DNA of 54,645 bases from a virus, in IMG/VR virus record IMGVR_UViG_3300011923_000001; one strand, written 5' to 3'. Of this stretch, positions 44,201-49,867 are shown piece by piece. The notes below the pieces were generated by a model that had not been told where the DNA came from, did not search any database, and was given only the letters and a program-made list of their open reading frames with translations. Both the position numbers and the translations under genes were made by a program. Numbering within the stretch: position 1 is the stretch's first letter; every line of letters starts with the position of its first letter.

Positions 44201-46048
44201 CCTGAAACTGTGGCTTTATTTGCTAAAGAAGCGGGGTTGCCAGTAGGTGATGCTGAAGCGGCATATATCAAACATGCAGTACGTGATAACCATGCACTTA
44301 AACGCCTTCTAAGACGACAAGGGGTACAAGGGTTCAATACCGATACAAAACGTGTTCTGGCTGCATTTGTACTATCTAATGCGCGTTATGCAGCGAATCA
44401 GCTTTACAACCCAGCCATTGACGAATCGATTACTGAAATTAAAGACCCTGCTTATGCTGAAGATGCGATTCGTTTACGTGATTATGCGCTTGATACTCAG
44501 GAAGAAGTGGCGGGCATCAAAAATTTCGCGTTCGTATGGTACATGGGGGCATCGTTTATGTTTGGTGTTGTCAACTTGACGCAGCCATTATTACAAACAT
44601 TGCCTTATCTACTTCAGTATAGTACCGATGCTGGATCAGTACCACGTGCTTTTATACGTGCTGCTAAATCATGGTACGGCAAAGACATTCCAACGAAATA
44701 TCAAGACTTTTATGAACGTGCAAGACGTGAAGGGCATCTTGACCCACAAAACACATGGATGCTTCAGGGGCTTGAGCGTGGTAAATCTGGCTTAGGCGCA
44801 AGTACATGGCAACTAATTAGCCATGCTTCAGGCTTCTTTGCTCAAGCTTCTGAAACGGTCAACCGAAGAACAGCACTATTTGCAGCTTTGGATATTGCTG
44901 AAAACATGGGTAAAGCCAAGCTTGAAAAATTAGGTTTTAAAGATGCCTATGACTTTGCTGTGCGAACAATTCAGGAAACACAGGGCGTTTACAACAAAGG
45001 CAACCGTCCACGTGTATCTCGTGGCAATGTCGGTTCACTACTCATGATGTATAAGCAATTCATGATTTCATACGTTGAACAGATGGTTCGTATGCAACGG
45101 AGTGGTTTGTGGGGCGGTGAAGATGATGAGTTTAAAAAACGCATGGCTGCTCTGGTTGGCTTTGGTATATCCAGAACAATGCTTGTCGCTCTAGGTGTGC
45201 TTTGGTCATTTGCTGGGGCTACAGGCTTGCCATTTGTACGTGATTTACTTGATGTGATCGAAACTGCGGGTGGCATGATTGGAAAACCTGTAAATACTGA
45301 ACGCGAAGCACAAATTGCTTTGACTAAAGCTTTAGGTGATACGTTGGGTACGGCCGCAACGACCATTCTTTTAGATGGGCCAGTAAATTTAAATCCTGTG
45401 ATCGATGTTAAAGGGCGCATGGGTATGGGCGATTTAATCCCAGCAACCGCCTATTTTAGCCCAATGACCAGTGAATGGCAGAAATCAAAAGAGTTATCTG
45501 GTTTGGGCGGTGCAATTGGTGGACTTATGGAAAAGGCCAGTTCAGCAATGGATTACGCACAAATTGGAGCTTACGGCCAAGCTGCTACTCAACTCGCGCC
45601 AAAAGCATTTACAAGTCTTGGTCAAGGTGCTGTGGCTGCTGCAACTGGCGATTATCGTAATATGCAGACTGGCGTTAAAACCAATGATGCCACCATCCTT
45701 GATGGCTTCATTAAAATGCTGGATGCACAGCCTTCAGGTATTGCAAAAGAAGGCCGCATACGTGGCCTAGAAATGAAGGATAAAGCCGCGCTTCAGTATG
45801 TTAATAAACGAGCCAAAGAGGACTATAACAAAGTTCTGGAAAGCGGTGATCAGAAACAAATCATTGAGTTCCGTAAAGCTATTGAAGTCTACAATGCAAC
45901 CGATCCGCGCTATCCAATCACGATGAACCTTAAACGTGCTGAAACCAACTTTGCTAAATCTAAACAGAACTGGCAAGAGAAGCGTAAGACAACGAAAGGG
46001 TTAGACTGGATGGATGACTACAATCCATATTTGGAGACTGAGCAATGA
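35228..46048 (+). CDS. Giant polyvalent virion/ejection protein (3606 aa, GTG start)
   Basis: One uninterrupted ORF containing P/Q-rich linkers, a pyrophosphatase-like domain, a SAM-dependent N6-adenine MTase domain (VLEPSAGMG, NPPF), a PLMRFG motif and C-terminal hydrophobic helices. Confidence 0.8.
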   Translation: MNPEQFFNSFLNDAVDKGLKPNQVFNERERIWRENIQPALVKKGANETDLTNAMKRWQEKTNAPMMQLGFLPKDGQNSRGAAKDLRAERAVRESVKTGSKLPLIKETALSTADTLANAFGQGANNMVGSIARFANDIGENEKGTTLDRIANSSDSTAKAFGKSASSQQTAMQSGEMGKAAQLGIGAVQSIPAMALPMGAAAGTTKVLGGIAKTAAPYFGLGVGTIAGHTQNYGEVRQGATQNLQQDFPTWQELQGNPLYEQKFNENLNAGLSVDQSRQKAHADTLDTLSESAADKYGTAMTALDIIAPSGAVLGSGILKKIPNSTIGNIIAGGKVNQKLVQQELKAAERTGISKYLPDVSLEANKAALKMVGKQGLEEGLQGAIGEYGSQSASANIGGKPIDWKQVGQSFIDEGIVGAIMGGGMQSASGHTPTGQAKAIAKELRNQTNALRKDEALARNNLSEAMQFNNPERVAEAENDLQLIQERAKNLHDGYTQFGIDTPYFVQRLIPKDQEPGTNQDQQTQLQQAQPEDLPEPAPTQEPIAEQAPAQPSFKPAGYDMADTTNLVVKAVSDGVLSLDQAEKIQRDPVAGAVFGHAINGDKASAQQTIMDAISNGVIDLPQAESLSKDIDVFANLHSQMPESEVAAPLEPVKPTLTSIVNNHVKEQVNAGMNQPELNDFGYTPQGLSPAQPDPNLSTFDSIEPQFIQQEQSGIIDSNAPQEQNIEAPVDYNQLQPDQQQFETGNQAPENQNPTAPTEQGDNPLFSGQPPDLNQSFAEKFRDAHLNHPELKPKLINDEIALGRNRAEVLKEVNSLVADMPKQPKAKTENIPISEPEIKSFSNSAKASEYIRKNNLSETHEPISNDGLFEVRPKAEPEKLEIEQNSPKNGTTDLNQGDMGRASDNKPFANQQSASLALNKKGLTKTHFVHKTEGGYVLRPTSENEPQDIAKQSTTFPLDKVKQAFSHAHLSPANTARSMKESFDRFIQSEVDQSEHLIENNDQQKAFDDAISDLEHKYINEWLPPLLNAASSTVSSAVAGRNNFNSKQANQRGNTLDRAMKNFDDSIQRFTGQTKSKVLAARTPEQKQRDLDADNAKKEQEKLKEVKKAEEAALTSKQGQKRTRVSNADVPDRSKAIEMTMEEWKKKSKDYKSTNLGVRMAMALNKETGATELRPVWITDEEPAKNKTNVLNVNKGDKITIPKTKDALGKIRPSETLTVSGLDGNDLTLTTESGARTIESAKLLKQRYGDKLSILKNDDSSTSNIDAAANEAATSPKNNTPEPTQAQIEAGNYKKGHVNIQGLNISIENPKGSIRSGQRPDGSEWSHTMSDHYGYLKRTTGADNEHIDTYIGEHPDSSQVFIVDQIDQQTGDFDEHKVMLGFNDLDSATQAYKSNFDKGWKVGPIRVMNVDEFKNWLKHEDTTQPTVQDEPKSYDQIKSNFDDLSKRLDEGDPDLKIEDIRSTYKDMLEHYDNIVNDLSSKTKPTLLAGMNPYYQARYKSENKPVIVKHLADNTFMRMNFLDGGMISYSYGEKRTLPEILRDKLNDATQEDLNKFLDQQRQEREQYKRDITAAVDGLQNPHTLEDFARISRVNEHKDFKSFYSSLSEPQQALYDELKSQSNNEKRLQEAERNKAAQALNSTAINGNTSATIYKGKHTKKGHDIWTVSLNDRIEKDDFDSYRNEAKALGGYYSSYRGGGSIPGFIFDSESSATEYLNLISGHSAENSDIETTAITDFDQEAEAVETDANKQAEKLKDKAQKIIDRGNESLNRDRKANTNKRASEAARAEQQANHEVFLGETMNRIADGIESGTVKYLSRLNAVSQLRNIESLLQQASNEQQRETKAKEREVNASTVAYSEYPQYKTWIDHFYDVLRDLREIKPSLAKRLDSAIDARLKQAYGVWLNEKNSFGTENYLSVTARTSDGQPAIFKTSISKAEKVAKAANAKTDQPKFEVFKIKNGEYAVIDNHSSASESGKWTPTRNDQQLNLSNNFGHEIYNALKQHQKKSPKYYINWQIESMHEQVSRMEKLGIHDPATYRAMLREYIGLRGKEKANDPIKALERSMVGRSNDGLDFFPTPRNVVEEMIELAQLSPDMKVLEPSAGMGHIADILKDYGIQPDVIELSGKRQELLELKGHNIVGNDFLLFNPEESQHYDRIIMNPPFSDRRDAEHIYHAFDLLKDDGVLVAIAGEGVFFGNDKKAKEFQAWLEHTNAEITPLDAGTFNDPSLPVTTGVKARIIKVSKSNTLNKQFSRHEPIDQGNTEENVRSALMDHFGKGVIESLEQKGILTIIPTHSDKSVEGWYQDGHVTLVADQLTSQTAVPTLLHELGGHGGFQSMMSETAYADIMANVDRLIEGKNFIATEAKRRASVESDPAVQRDELLPYLLSVASEMQGVTGSPYLAVNRIIARITSAVKAWLKNKYDLNFKISPDEMIAIAERMIKQTAKSNTSPLADHNRQYSLNEAANSAFNKAIDHVVNGVTPKQFIRMGKTPDVLKMVGMPDALITIHGRTIEKVMGEHLGVEQGDHSHLHNLTPESLRQLPKQINDPIAVFKSAESATKDGYVVLTELREIDSIKGNSKPVVAALHVKASKSDIEIINVVSVYGRSKSQLQRALNNDLLYWNKEKGQLFLDTDGLQLPQELHTENTDLSKTNIKTNEDLVKYREVNNRKFSRKATADPENLPESTQQKIIDAASQSFFGQAALLGLEKSKTITKQTGRLFSTMLHKALQDRDFKVTFDLVQDKINHVTFASSASMDVAPDILTQLETGSDYWKESKKVGQQLAHTLNLRDKPEFQKDLETVGDVLFENTLSEEPKVFNDQELRDKKLTQNQIDLYHQTRAAIDTSLDSFAKTTISNIYKHLGGKSDDILAITAMDLTLGGHVNEIADRMAKIVENDPDKAEAAKVAEEHIEKVVTRLEQLKNEGYMPLMRFGKYYMRVIDPTTKEVAYRQHFESEAERNLFVRNYKAPEGYKVESSQINELEHKLFQGVSPETVALFAKEAGLPVGDAEAAYIKHAVRDNHALKRLLRRQGVQGFNTDTKRVLAAFVLSNARYAANQLYNPAIDESITEIKDPAYAEDAIRLRDYALDTQEEVAGIKNFAFVWYMGASFMFGVVNLTQPLLQTLPYLLQYSTDAGSVPRAFIRAAKSWYGKDIPTKYQDFYERARREGHLDPQNTWMLQGLERGKSGLGASTWQLISHASGFFAQASETVNRRTALFAALDIAENMGKAKLEKLGFKDAYDFAVRTIQETQGVYNKGNRPRVSRGNVGSLLMMYKQFMISYVEQMVRMQRSGLWGGEDDEFKKRMAALVGFGISRTMLVALGVLWSFAGATGLPFVRDLLDVIETAGGMIGKPVNTEREAQIALTKALGDTLGTAATTILLDGPVNLNPVIDVKGRMGMGDLIPATAYFSPMTSEWQKSKELSGLGGAIGGLMEKASSAMDYAQIGAYGQAATQLAPKAFTSLGQGAVAAATGDYRNMQTGVKTNDATILDGFIKMLDAQPSGIAKEGRIRGLEMKDKAALQYVNKRAKEDYNKVLESGDQKQIIEFRKAIEVYNATDPRYPITMNLKRAETNFAKSKQNWQEKRKTTKGLDWMDDYNPYLETEQ
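39092..39482 (+). other. Inorganic-pyrophosphatase-like domain of the giant protein
   Basis: Colinear with E. coli PPase blocks as I recall them: IENPKGS, HYGYL / NYGYI, ADNEHIDTYIG / DGDPVDVLV, DFDEHKVM / GEDAKLVA, KGWKVGP / KGKWVKV. Confidence 0.45.
41447..41955 (+). other. N6-adenine DNA methyltransferase domain of the giant protein
   Basis: FFPTP, motif I VLEPSAGMGHI, motif IV IIMNPPF (NPPF at 41705-41716). Confidence 0.75.
42675..43120 (+). other. Possible PBECR-type (barnase/EndoU/RelE-like) nuclease domain of the giant protein
   Basis: Pattern ITIHGRTIEKVMGEH...LRQLPKQINDPIAVFKS...YVVLTEL...VVAALHV resembles polyvalent-protein PBECR modules as I recall them. Confidence 0.25.
44009..44026 (+). 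other. PLxRFG motif (PLMRFG) marking the C-terminal PLxRFG domain
   Basis: Codons cca cta atg cgc ttt ggt. Hydrophobic helices (FAFVWYMGASFMFGVV, LVGFGISRTMLVALGVLWSFAG) follow. Confidence 0.6.
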
Positions 46049-46146
46049 AAGTATTGATTTTTATTGCTACACTCTTAATGTGTGGCTGTAGTGCGCATAC
46101 CATTAACAATAATATCAATGTATCCATGTGTGTACGTGTGATTTAA
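46045..46146 (+). CDS. 33-aa micro-ORF with a lipoprotein-type signal (below the ORF-track cutoff)
   Basis: ATGA overlap with the giant gene's stop. Sequence: MKVLIFIATLLMCGCSAHTINNNINVSMCVRVI. Confidence 0.3.
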   Translation: MKVLIFIATLLMCGCSAHTINNNINVSMCVRVI

Positions 46147-46156
46147 CAGAAAAAAT

Positions 46157-46180
46157 ACAGCCCTAATCCTTCAGGGCTGT
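46157..46180. terminator. Bidirectional hairpin between the late operon and umuC
   Basis: acagccct aatccttc agggctgt. It overlaps the umuC stop codon. Confidence 0.55.
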
Positions 46181-47484
46181 ATTTCATTTAAAACCCAGCC
46201 ATCACCTTGAATATCAAAATAATTAGGAGTCTTGTAAGACTGGCGCATCGACCACGCCCGATGATCCATATAGCTTGCCCCAAATCCTAATTTTTTCTTT
46301 CCATATAGCTTATGAATGTCTTCAATCACTTTGACTAAATTGTCAGATTTTTGATCCTGGTCTCTATCTGAAAATAAATCGTGGTTAAATGATGATTTTG
46401 GCTCTAAACCTGTTAATACAACACCGCACTTTTTGAAAGAAACACCTTCTACATATAATTTTTCGATCAGTCTAGCGGCCACACTAATAAGCCTTTGGGG
46501 ATTGTCTGTAGGCTGTTCAAACCCACAAGATAGCCCCTTTTTATAGTAAGGATTATTGGTGTCAAATGGATTCGAGGAAGCGAATACAGTCACAACACCG
46601 CATACTTGCTCACTTTTTAATAGGCGTTTTTGTGCATCATGAGTAAATCTTGTTATGGCTTCTTTTAAATCATTTACATCAGTTATCCGCTTTCCAAACG
46701 ACTTCGATGAAATGATTTGCTTTTGTGGCTCAGGATCAGTTTCAAGATCAATACAAGGCTCTCCATTCAACTCCATAACAGTTCGTTTCAAGACAACACC
46801 GAATAAACGGCCAATCATTTCTGGATTTGCTCTTTTAAGATCACCAGCCGTAACAATACCGAGTTCATTCAAGCGTTTCTTATACTGTCTGCCAACGCCC
46901 CACACTTCCGATACATCTATAATATTATAAAACCCTTCTATAGCGCCTTGATTTGCCAGCTCAATTAAATTGCATACACCATTGAAAACAGGAATTTTCT
47001 TAGCTAAGTGGTTCGCAAATTTACTTTGTGTTTTAGTGTGGCCAAGCCCAACGCAAACAGGTAGTCCAAGCCAACTATCTATTCGATCTTTAACGCTATT
47101 TGCAAACTTTGTCGGCTCATAAACTGAAGTAAAGTCTGTTAAATCAAAAAACGACTCATCTATTGAATACTGTTCAACACTATCGGGCGATAACATATCT
47201 TCAATTAGCTGGTGAAACCGCCTAGACATTTCACCGTAAACCGCATAATTACTTGATAAATAAGTGATATCCAGTTTTTGTTCTTTTATTAATTTTTCGA
47301 GTTCAAAAAATGGCATCCCCATCGGTATTTTTGCCGTTTTAGCTTCTTGCGACCGAGCTATGACGCAGCCGTCATTATTACTCAGCACTACTACAATTTT
47401 ATCATTCAGCTTAGGCTGAAAAAGCCTTTCACAGCTTACATAGCAGTTGTTTATATCAATATGGCCAATGATCTTGCGCATCAT
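46171..47484 (-). CDS. umuC: Y-family translesion DNA polymerase subunit UmuC/RumB-like
   Basis: IDINNCYVSCERLFQPKLNDKIVVVLSNNDGCVIARSQEAK is the canonical UmuC N-terminus. 437 aa. Confidence 0.9.
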   Translation of the reverse strand: MMRKIIGHIDINNCYVSCERLFQPKLNDKIVVVLSNNDGCVIARSQEAKTAKIPMGMPFFELEKLIKEQKLDITYLSSNYAVYGEMSRRFHQLIEDMLSPDSVEQYSIDESFFDLTDFTSVYEPTKFANSVKDRIDSWLGLPVCVGLGHTKTQSKFANHLAKKIPVFNGVCNLIELANQGAIEGFYNIIDVSEVWGVGRQYKKRLNELGIVTAGDLKRANPEMIGRLFGVVLKRTVMELNGEPCIDLETDPEPQKQIISSKSFGKRITDVNDLKEAITRFTHDAQKRLLKSEQVCGVVTVFASSNPFDTNNPYYKKGLSCGFEQPTDNPQRLISVAARLIEKLYVEGVSFKKCGVVLTGLEPKSSFNHDLFSDRDQDQKSDNLVKVIEDIHKLYGKKKLGFGASYMDHRAWSMRQSYKTPNYFDIQGDGWVLNEIQP

Positions 47485-47594
47485 TTTTTGAAAAAGTTAC
47501 AAATTCAAGTAATGATAAAAAATATCTGATATGAATTTCAAATTTATAATTGTTGATAAATCAATGGGGCGACTTCCTATGTCGCAAGTATTCA

Positions 47595-47617
47595 TAAAAA
47601 AAGCCCCTTTCAGGGCT
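47595..47617 (-). terminator. Rho-independent terminator after the par operon
   Basis: On the minus strand: agccc tgaaag gggct tttttttt. Confidence 0.65.
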
Positions 47618-47623
47618 AGTTAT

Positions 47624-48037
47624 TCAATCTTTAGGATCATGGCCAAGCTGTTTTAAGCGCTTATTCAGATAATCTTCTAAGGCTTCCACAACAAGCATTG
47701 TTTTATTGGTTTTCTTACCCAAAATCTTATTTTTCTTATCTTGAGCCAAAACAAAATCTAACTTAAGGCGCGTGTCCAGCGGAATGTTGTACGACTGTTT
47801 TTCTGTGACAGACTTTAATTCGTCAGGTGACATGGATACACCCTCACGCCAAGCCTTTACCTGTTCCTTATCTTCAGCCTTTTCCACTGCTGGCGTGGTT
47901 TGGTGGCTTGCTGAAGTATGTAAAGGTGCTTGTTCAATAATCTTTTGCTGTTCAGGACTTATTTGTGAAACAGACACCGATTCAGCAGCTTCTCTATTTC
48001 GACGAGGTAATACAGCACCCTTCTCATTATTTGACAT
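47624..48037 (-). CDS. Partition adaptor, ParG/RHH-like centromere-binding protein (137 aa)
   Basis: Directly downstream of and overlapping parA, with strong RBS gaggaa. Disordered N-terminus and C-terminal KTMLVVEALEDYL. Confidence 0.5.
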   Translation of the reverse strand: MSNNEKGAVLPRRNREAAESVSVSQISPEQQKIIEQAPLHTSASHQTTPAVEKAEDKEQVKAWREGVSMSPDELKSVTEKQSYNIPLDTRLKLDFVLAQDKKNKILGKKTNKTMLVVEALEDYLNKRLKQLGHDPKD

Positions 48038-48689
48038 TGTAAATTTCCTCAAACAGTTTCATGAACTCTGCCTGTGCTGTTTCCACATAGCGTTTATCGC
48101 GTGAAACTGGTGATTCATACTCTGTTAAACCTTTATAGGCATCAAATGCACGGCTATACCATGTCCGATCCCCTAAAGTAACTGCTACTGGCTCAATGAT
48201 TGGATCATCTATGATTTCCTGAATGGCCCGGTTTAATTCAGGGGTTGAGCCAATATGCGGTGCAGCAGTTACCACTCCATAGACTTTAGGTTTGGATTCA
48301 CGTGTTTTGCTAATTTCTGCGATAAGGTCTGAAGTGTTACGAAACCCCTCAATATTACTATTTGCACCAATCCGCAATGGCACAAGAATCACATCGGCTA
48401 AAAGCATAGCTGTACGCAGCTCAGTATTATCATAACCGCCCGCATCGATTACCACTTCATCATACTCGTTTGCTGCTGAACTAATCTCATTTAAAATATC
48501 ACCAGAAAGGTAATAAAACTTTCCATCTTGTTCTGTTCGTTGACTACTCCATAGTGATGAAGCAGCTTTGTTAGCCGAATCAAGATCAATGCCTATTACA
48601 GCTTTAGTTTTGGCAAGTTCTGCAAGAATAGATGTAGCAAGTGATGTTTTTCCAACACCACCTTTAGAATTGGCAATAAGTAAGATCAT
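48027..48689 (-). CDS. parA: ParA partition ATPase (start 48689 or 48701)
   Basis: Deviant Walker A LLIANSKGGVGKTS. Size and operon context fit. Confidence 0.85.
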   Translation of the reverse strand: MILLIANSKGGVGKTSLATSILAELAKTKAVIGIDLDSANKAASSLWSSQRTEQDGKFYYLSGDILNEISSAANEYDEVVIDAGGYDNTELRTAMLLADVILVPLRIGANSNIEGFRNTSDLIAEISKTRESKPKVYGVVTAAPHIGSTPELNRAIQEIIDDPIIEPVAVTLGDRTWYSRAFDAYKGLTEYESPVSRDKRYVETAQAEFMKLFEEIYNVK

Positions 48690-48753
48690 ATAATTATCCA
48701 TGTTTATTAGTGTGTAGCCACACAATAATACTAACAGCTAACCATTAATTCAA

Positions 48754-48797
48754 CCATACACACCCACAACCACACATGAATATATATGGGTGTATGG
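48754..48797. promoter_or_regulatory. Candidate centromere/par operator (CA-rich imperfect inverted repeat)
   Basis: ccatacacaccca ... tgggtgtatgg upstream of parA. Confidence 0.3.
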
Positions 48798-48847
48798 GTA
48801 TATATATTATTTATGTAATACATAAATAATATTTTATAATAGTTAAT

Positions 48848-49441
48848 CTATTGATTTAATTTAGAAACAGCTTCTTTTAATAAATTAGGGTCTGTAGCGA
48901 AATACTTCTGAGTTGTTGAAATTGAAGAATGCCCCATAAGTTCTTTAATAGAATAAATATCAACATTATTTCTAATTAGTCTGGTTGCAAAAGCACGTCT
49001 ACCACTATGAGAAGTTGCTTCAATATTTGCTTTTGAATAGCAAATCTTTATCATTTTTCTCATTGTGTCTTGCGTAAATGCCCCGCCTTTCTGTGATAAA
49101 AATAAAGGAGCATTCATGTCATCTAACTGTCGGTGATTCATTATGTAATCATATAAATACTGTCTCGCTTCAGCATTCACAAGATAAACTTCACGGAATT
49201 TACTACCTTTGGTGTACTGGGCCAGCAGCCGTATTGTTTCTTTTATTTCATATCTGGCTGGATCAAAAACATCACGAATTGTTAGAGCAGCCATTTCCTT
49301 AGCTCGCAGGCCAAGAAAGTGAGAAAAGTACAAAACGCAGATATTCCGTAGATTATGCCGATCCTTCTCCCAGATCATATCTAATGTATGGGTAAACTCT
49401 GAAACAGATACAAATGGGGCAACCCCTGTTTTTTTAGCCAT
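48848..49441 (-). CDS. Tyrosine recombinase (XerC/D-like; likely multimer resolution)
   Basis: Catalytic residues LGLRAKE (R), HSGRRAFAT (HxxR) and LMGHSSISTTQKY (H, Y). Start set at ATG 49441, preceded by agaggg. Confidence 0.85.
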   Translation of the reverse strand: MAKKTGVAPFVSVSEFTHTLDMIWEKDRHNLRNICVLYFSHFLGLRAKEMAALTIRDVFDPARYEIKETIRLLAQYTKGSKFREVYLVNAEARQYLYDYIMNHRQLDDMNAPLFLSQKGGAFTQDTMRKMIKICYSKANIEATSHSGRRAFATRLIRNNVDIYSIKELMGHSSISTTQKYFATDPNLLKEAVSKLNQ

Positions 49442-49518
49442 ACAAAACCCTCTATTTATATTTTCATGGAATAGGTGATTATCCATGACGTATAATTTTG
49501 AGAGTATTATAAAAACAA

Positions 49519-49550
49519 AAATGTCCGAAAAGATACATTTTCGGACATTT
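49519..49550. promoter_or_regulatory. 13-6-13 perfect inverted repeat: candidate recombinase core site and/or minus-strand terminator
   Basis: aaatgtccgaaaa gataca ttttcggacattt. On the minus strand it is followed by ttttgttttt and a TATAAT-like box. Confidence 0.5.
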
Positions 49551-49691
49551 CTGTTAGAGCTTTGAAACTTCACCTTAGATTACGCTTTTTGCCCACCTAA
49601 CCTATGACCAAAATAGGAGAGCAGGGCAATGATACATCATTAAAAAAATAAATAAAAACACTTCTTGAAAATATAATTATATTTACATTTT

Positions 49692-49721
49692 TTTACATTA
49701 CTTTTATTTTTCAGATTATAT
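49692..49721 (+). promoter_or_regulatory. Candidate promoter (TTTACA-N18-TTATAT) for the non-coding unit
   Basis: Hexamers read by eye in an AT-rich tract, so the false-positive risk is high. Confidence 0.2.
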
Positions 49722-49727
49722 TTTTTA

Positions 49728-49816
49728 TATACTTGCTTCAGTGAAATCTCAAAACCCCTCAGAGGTTTCATTATATTTTAACTCCCTAACTTCAACATGA
49801 GTTAGGGAGTCTTTTT
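49728..49816 (+). ncRNA. Putative short structured RNA: two hairpins ending in an intrinsic terminator
   Basis: Hairpin tgaaatctc/gaggtttca (49742-49770) and hairpin actccctaac/gttagggagt (49781-49810) followed by cttttt. Confidence 0.3.
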
Positions 49817-49818
49817 AA

Positions 49819-49867
49819 CCCATCTGATGAGCTTGTGAAACTCAAGCGAAACCAACATGGTCATGGG
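49819..49867 (+). ncRNA. Hammerhead ribozyme, type I topology (predicted cleavage after C49862)
   Basis: cccau CUGAUGA gcuug-ugaaacu-caagc GAAA cca-aca-ugg UC auggg. All invariant core positions and three helices are present. Confidence 0.6.

Noticed and set aside
36247-45420. Numerous 60-140-aa antisense or out-of-frame ORFs inside the giant gene. Similar ORFs occur inside the portal, terminase, fibre and methyltransferase genes.
   Set aside because: All are nested in much longer, motif-supported ORFs on the opposite strand or in another frame, and they lack start contexts. I treat them as shadow ORFs.
35228-46048. Idea that the giant protein is an N4-like virion RNA polymerase.
   Set aside because: I could not find T7-like polymerase motifs. 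The recognisable domains are a methyltransferase, a PPase-like domain and a PLxRFG domain, which fit a polyvalent ejection protein instead.
47485-47520. TTACTTGAA-containing sequence upstream of umuC as an Acinetobacter-type SOS (UmuDAb) box.
   Set aside because: I cannot reconstruct a proper palindrome here, and my recollection of the consensus is not firm enough. I leave it as uncalled.
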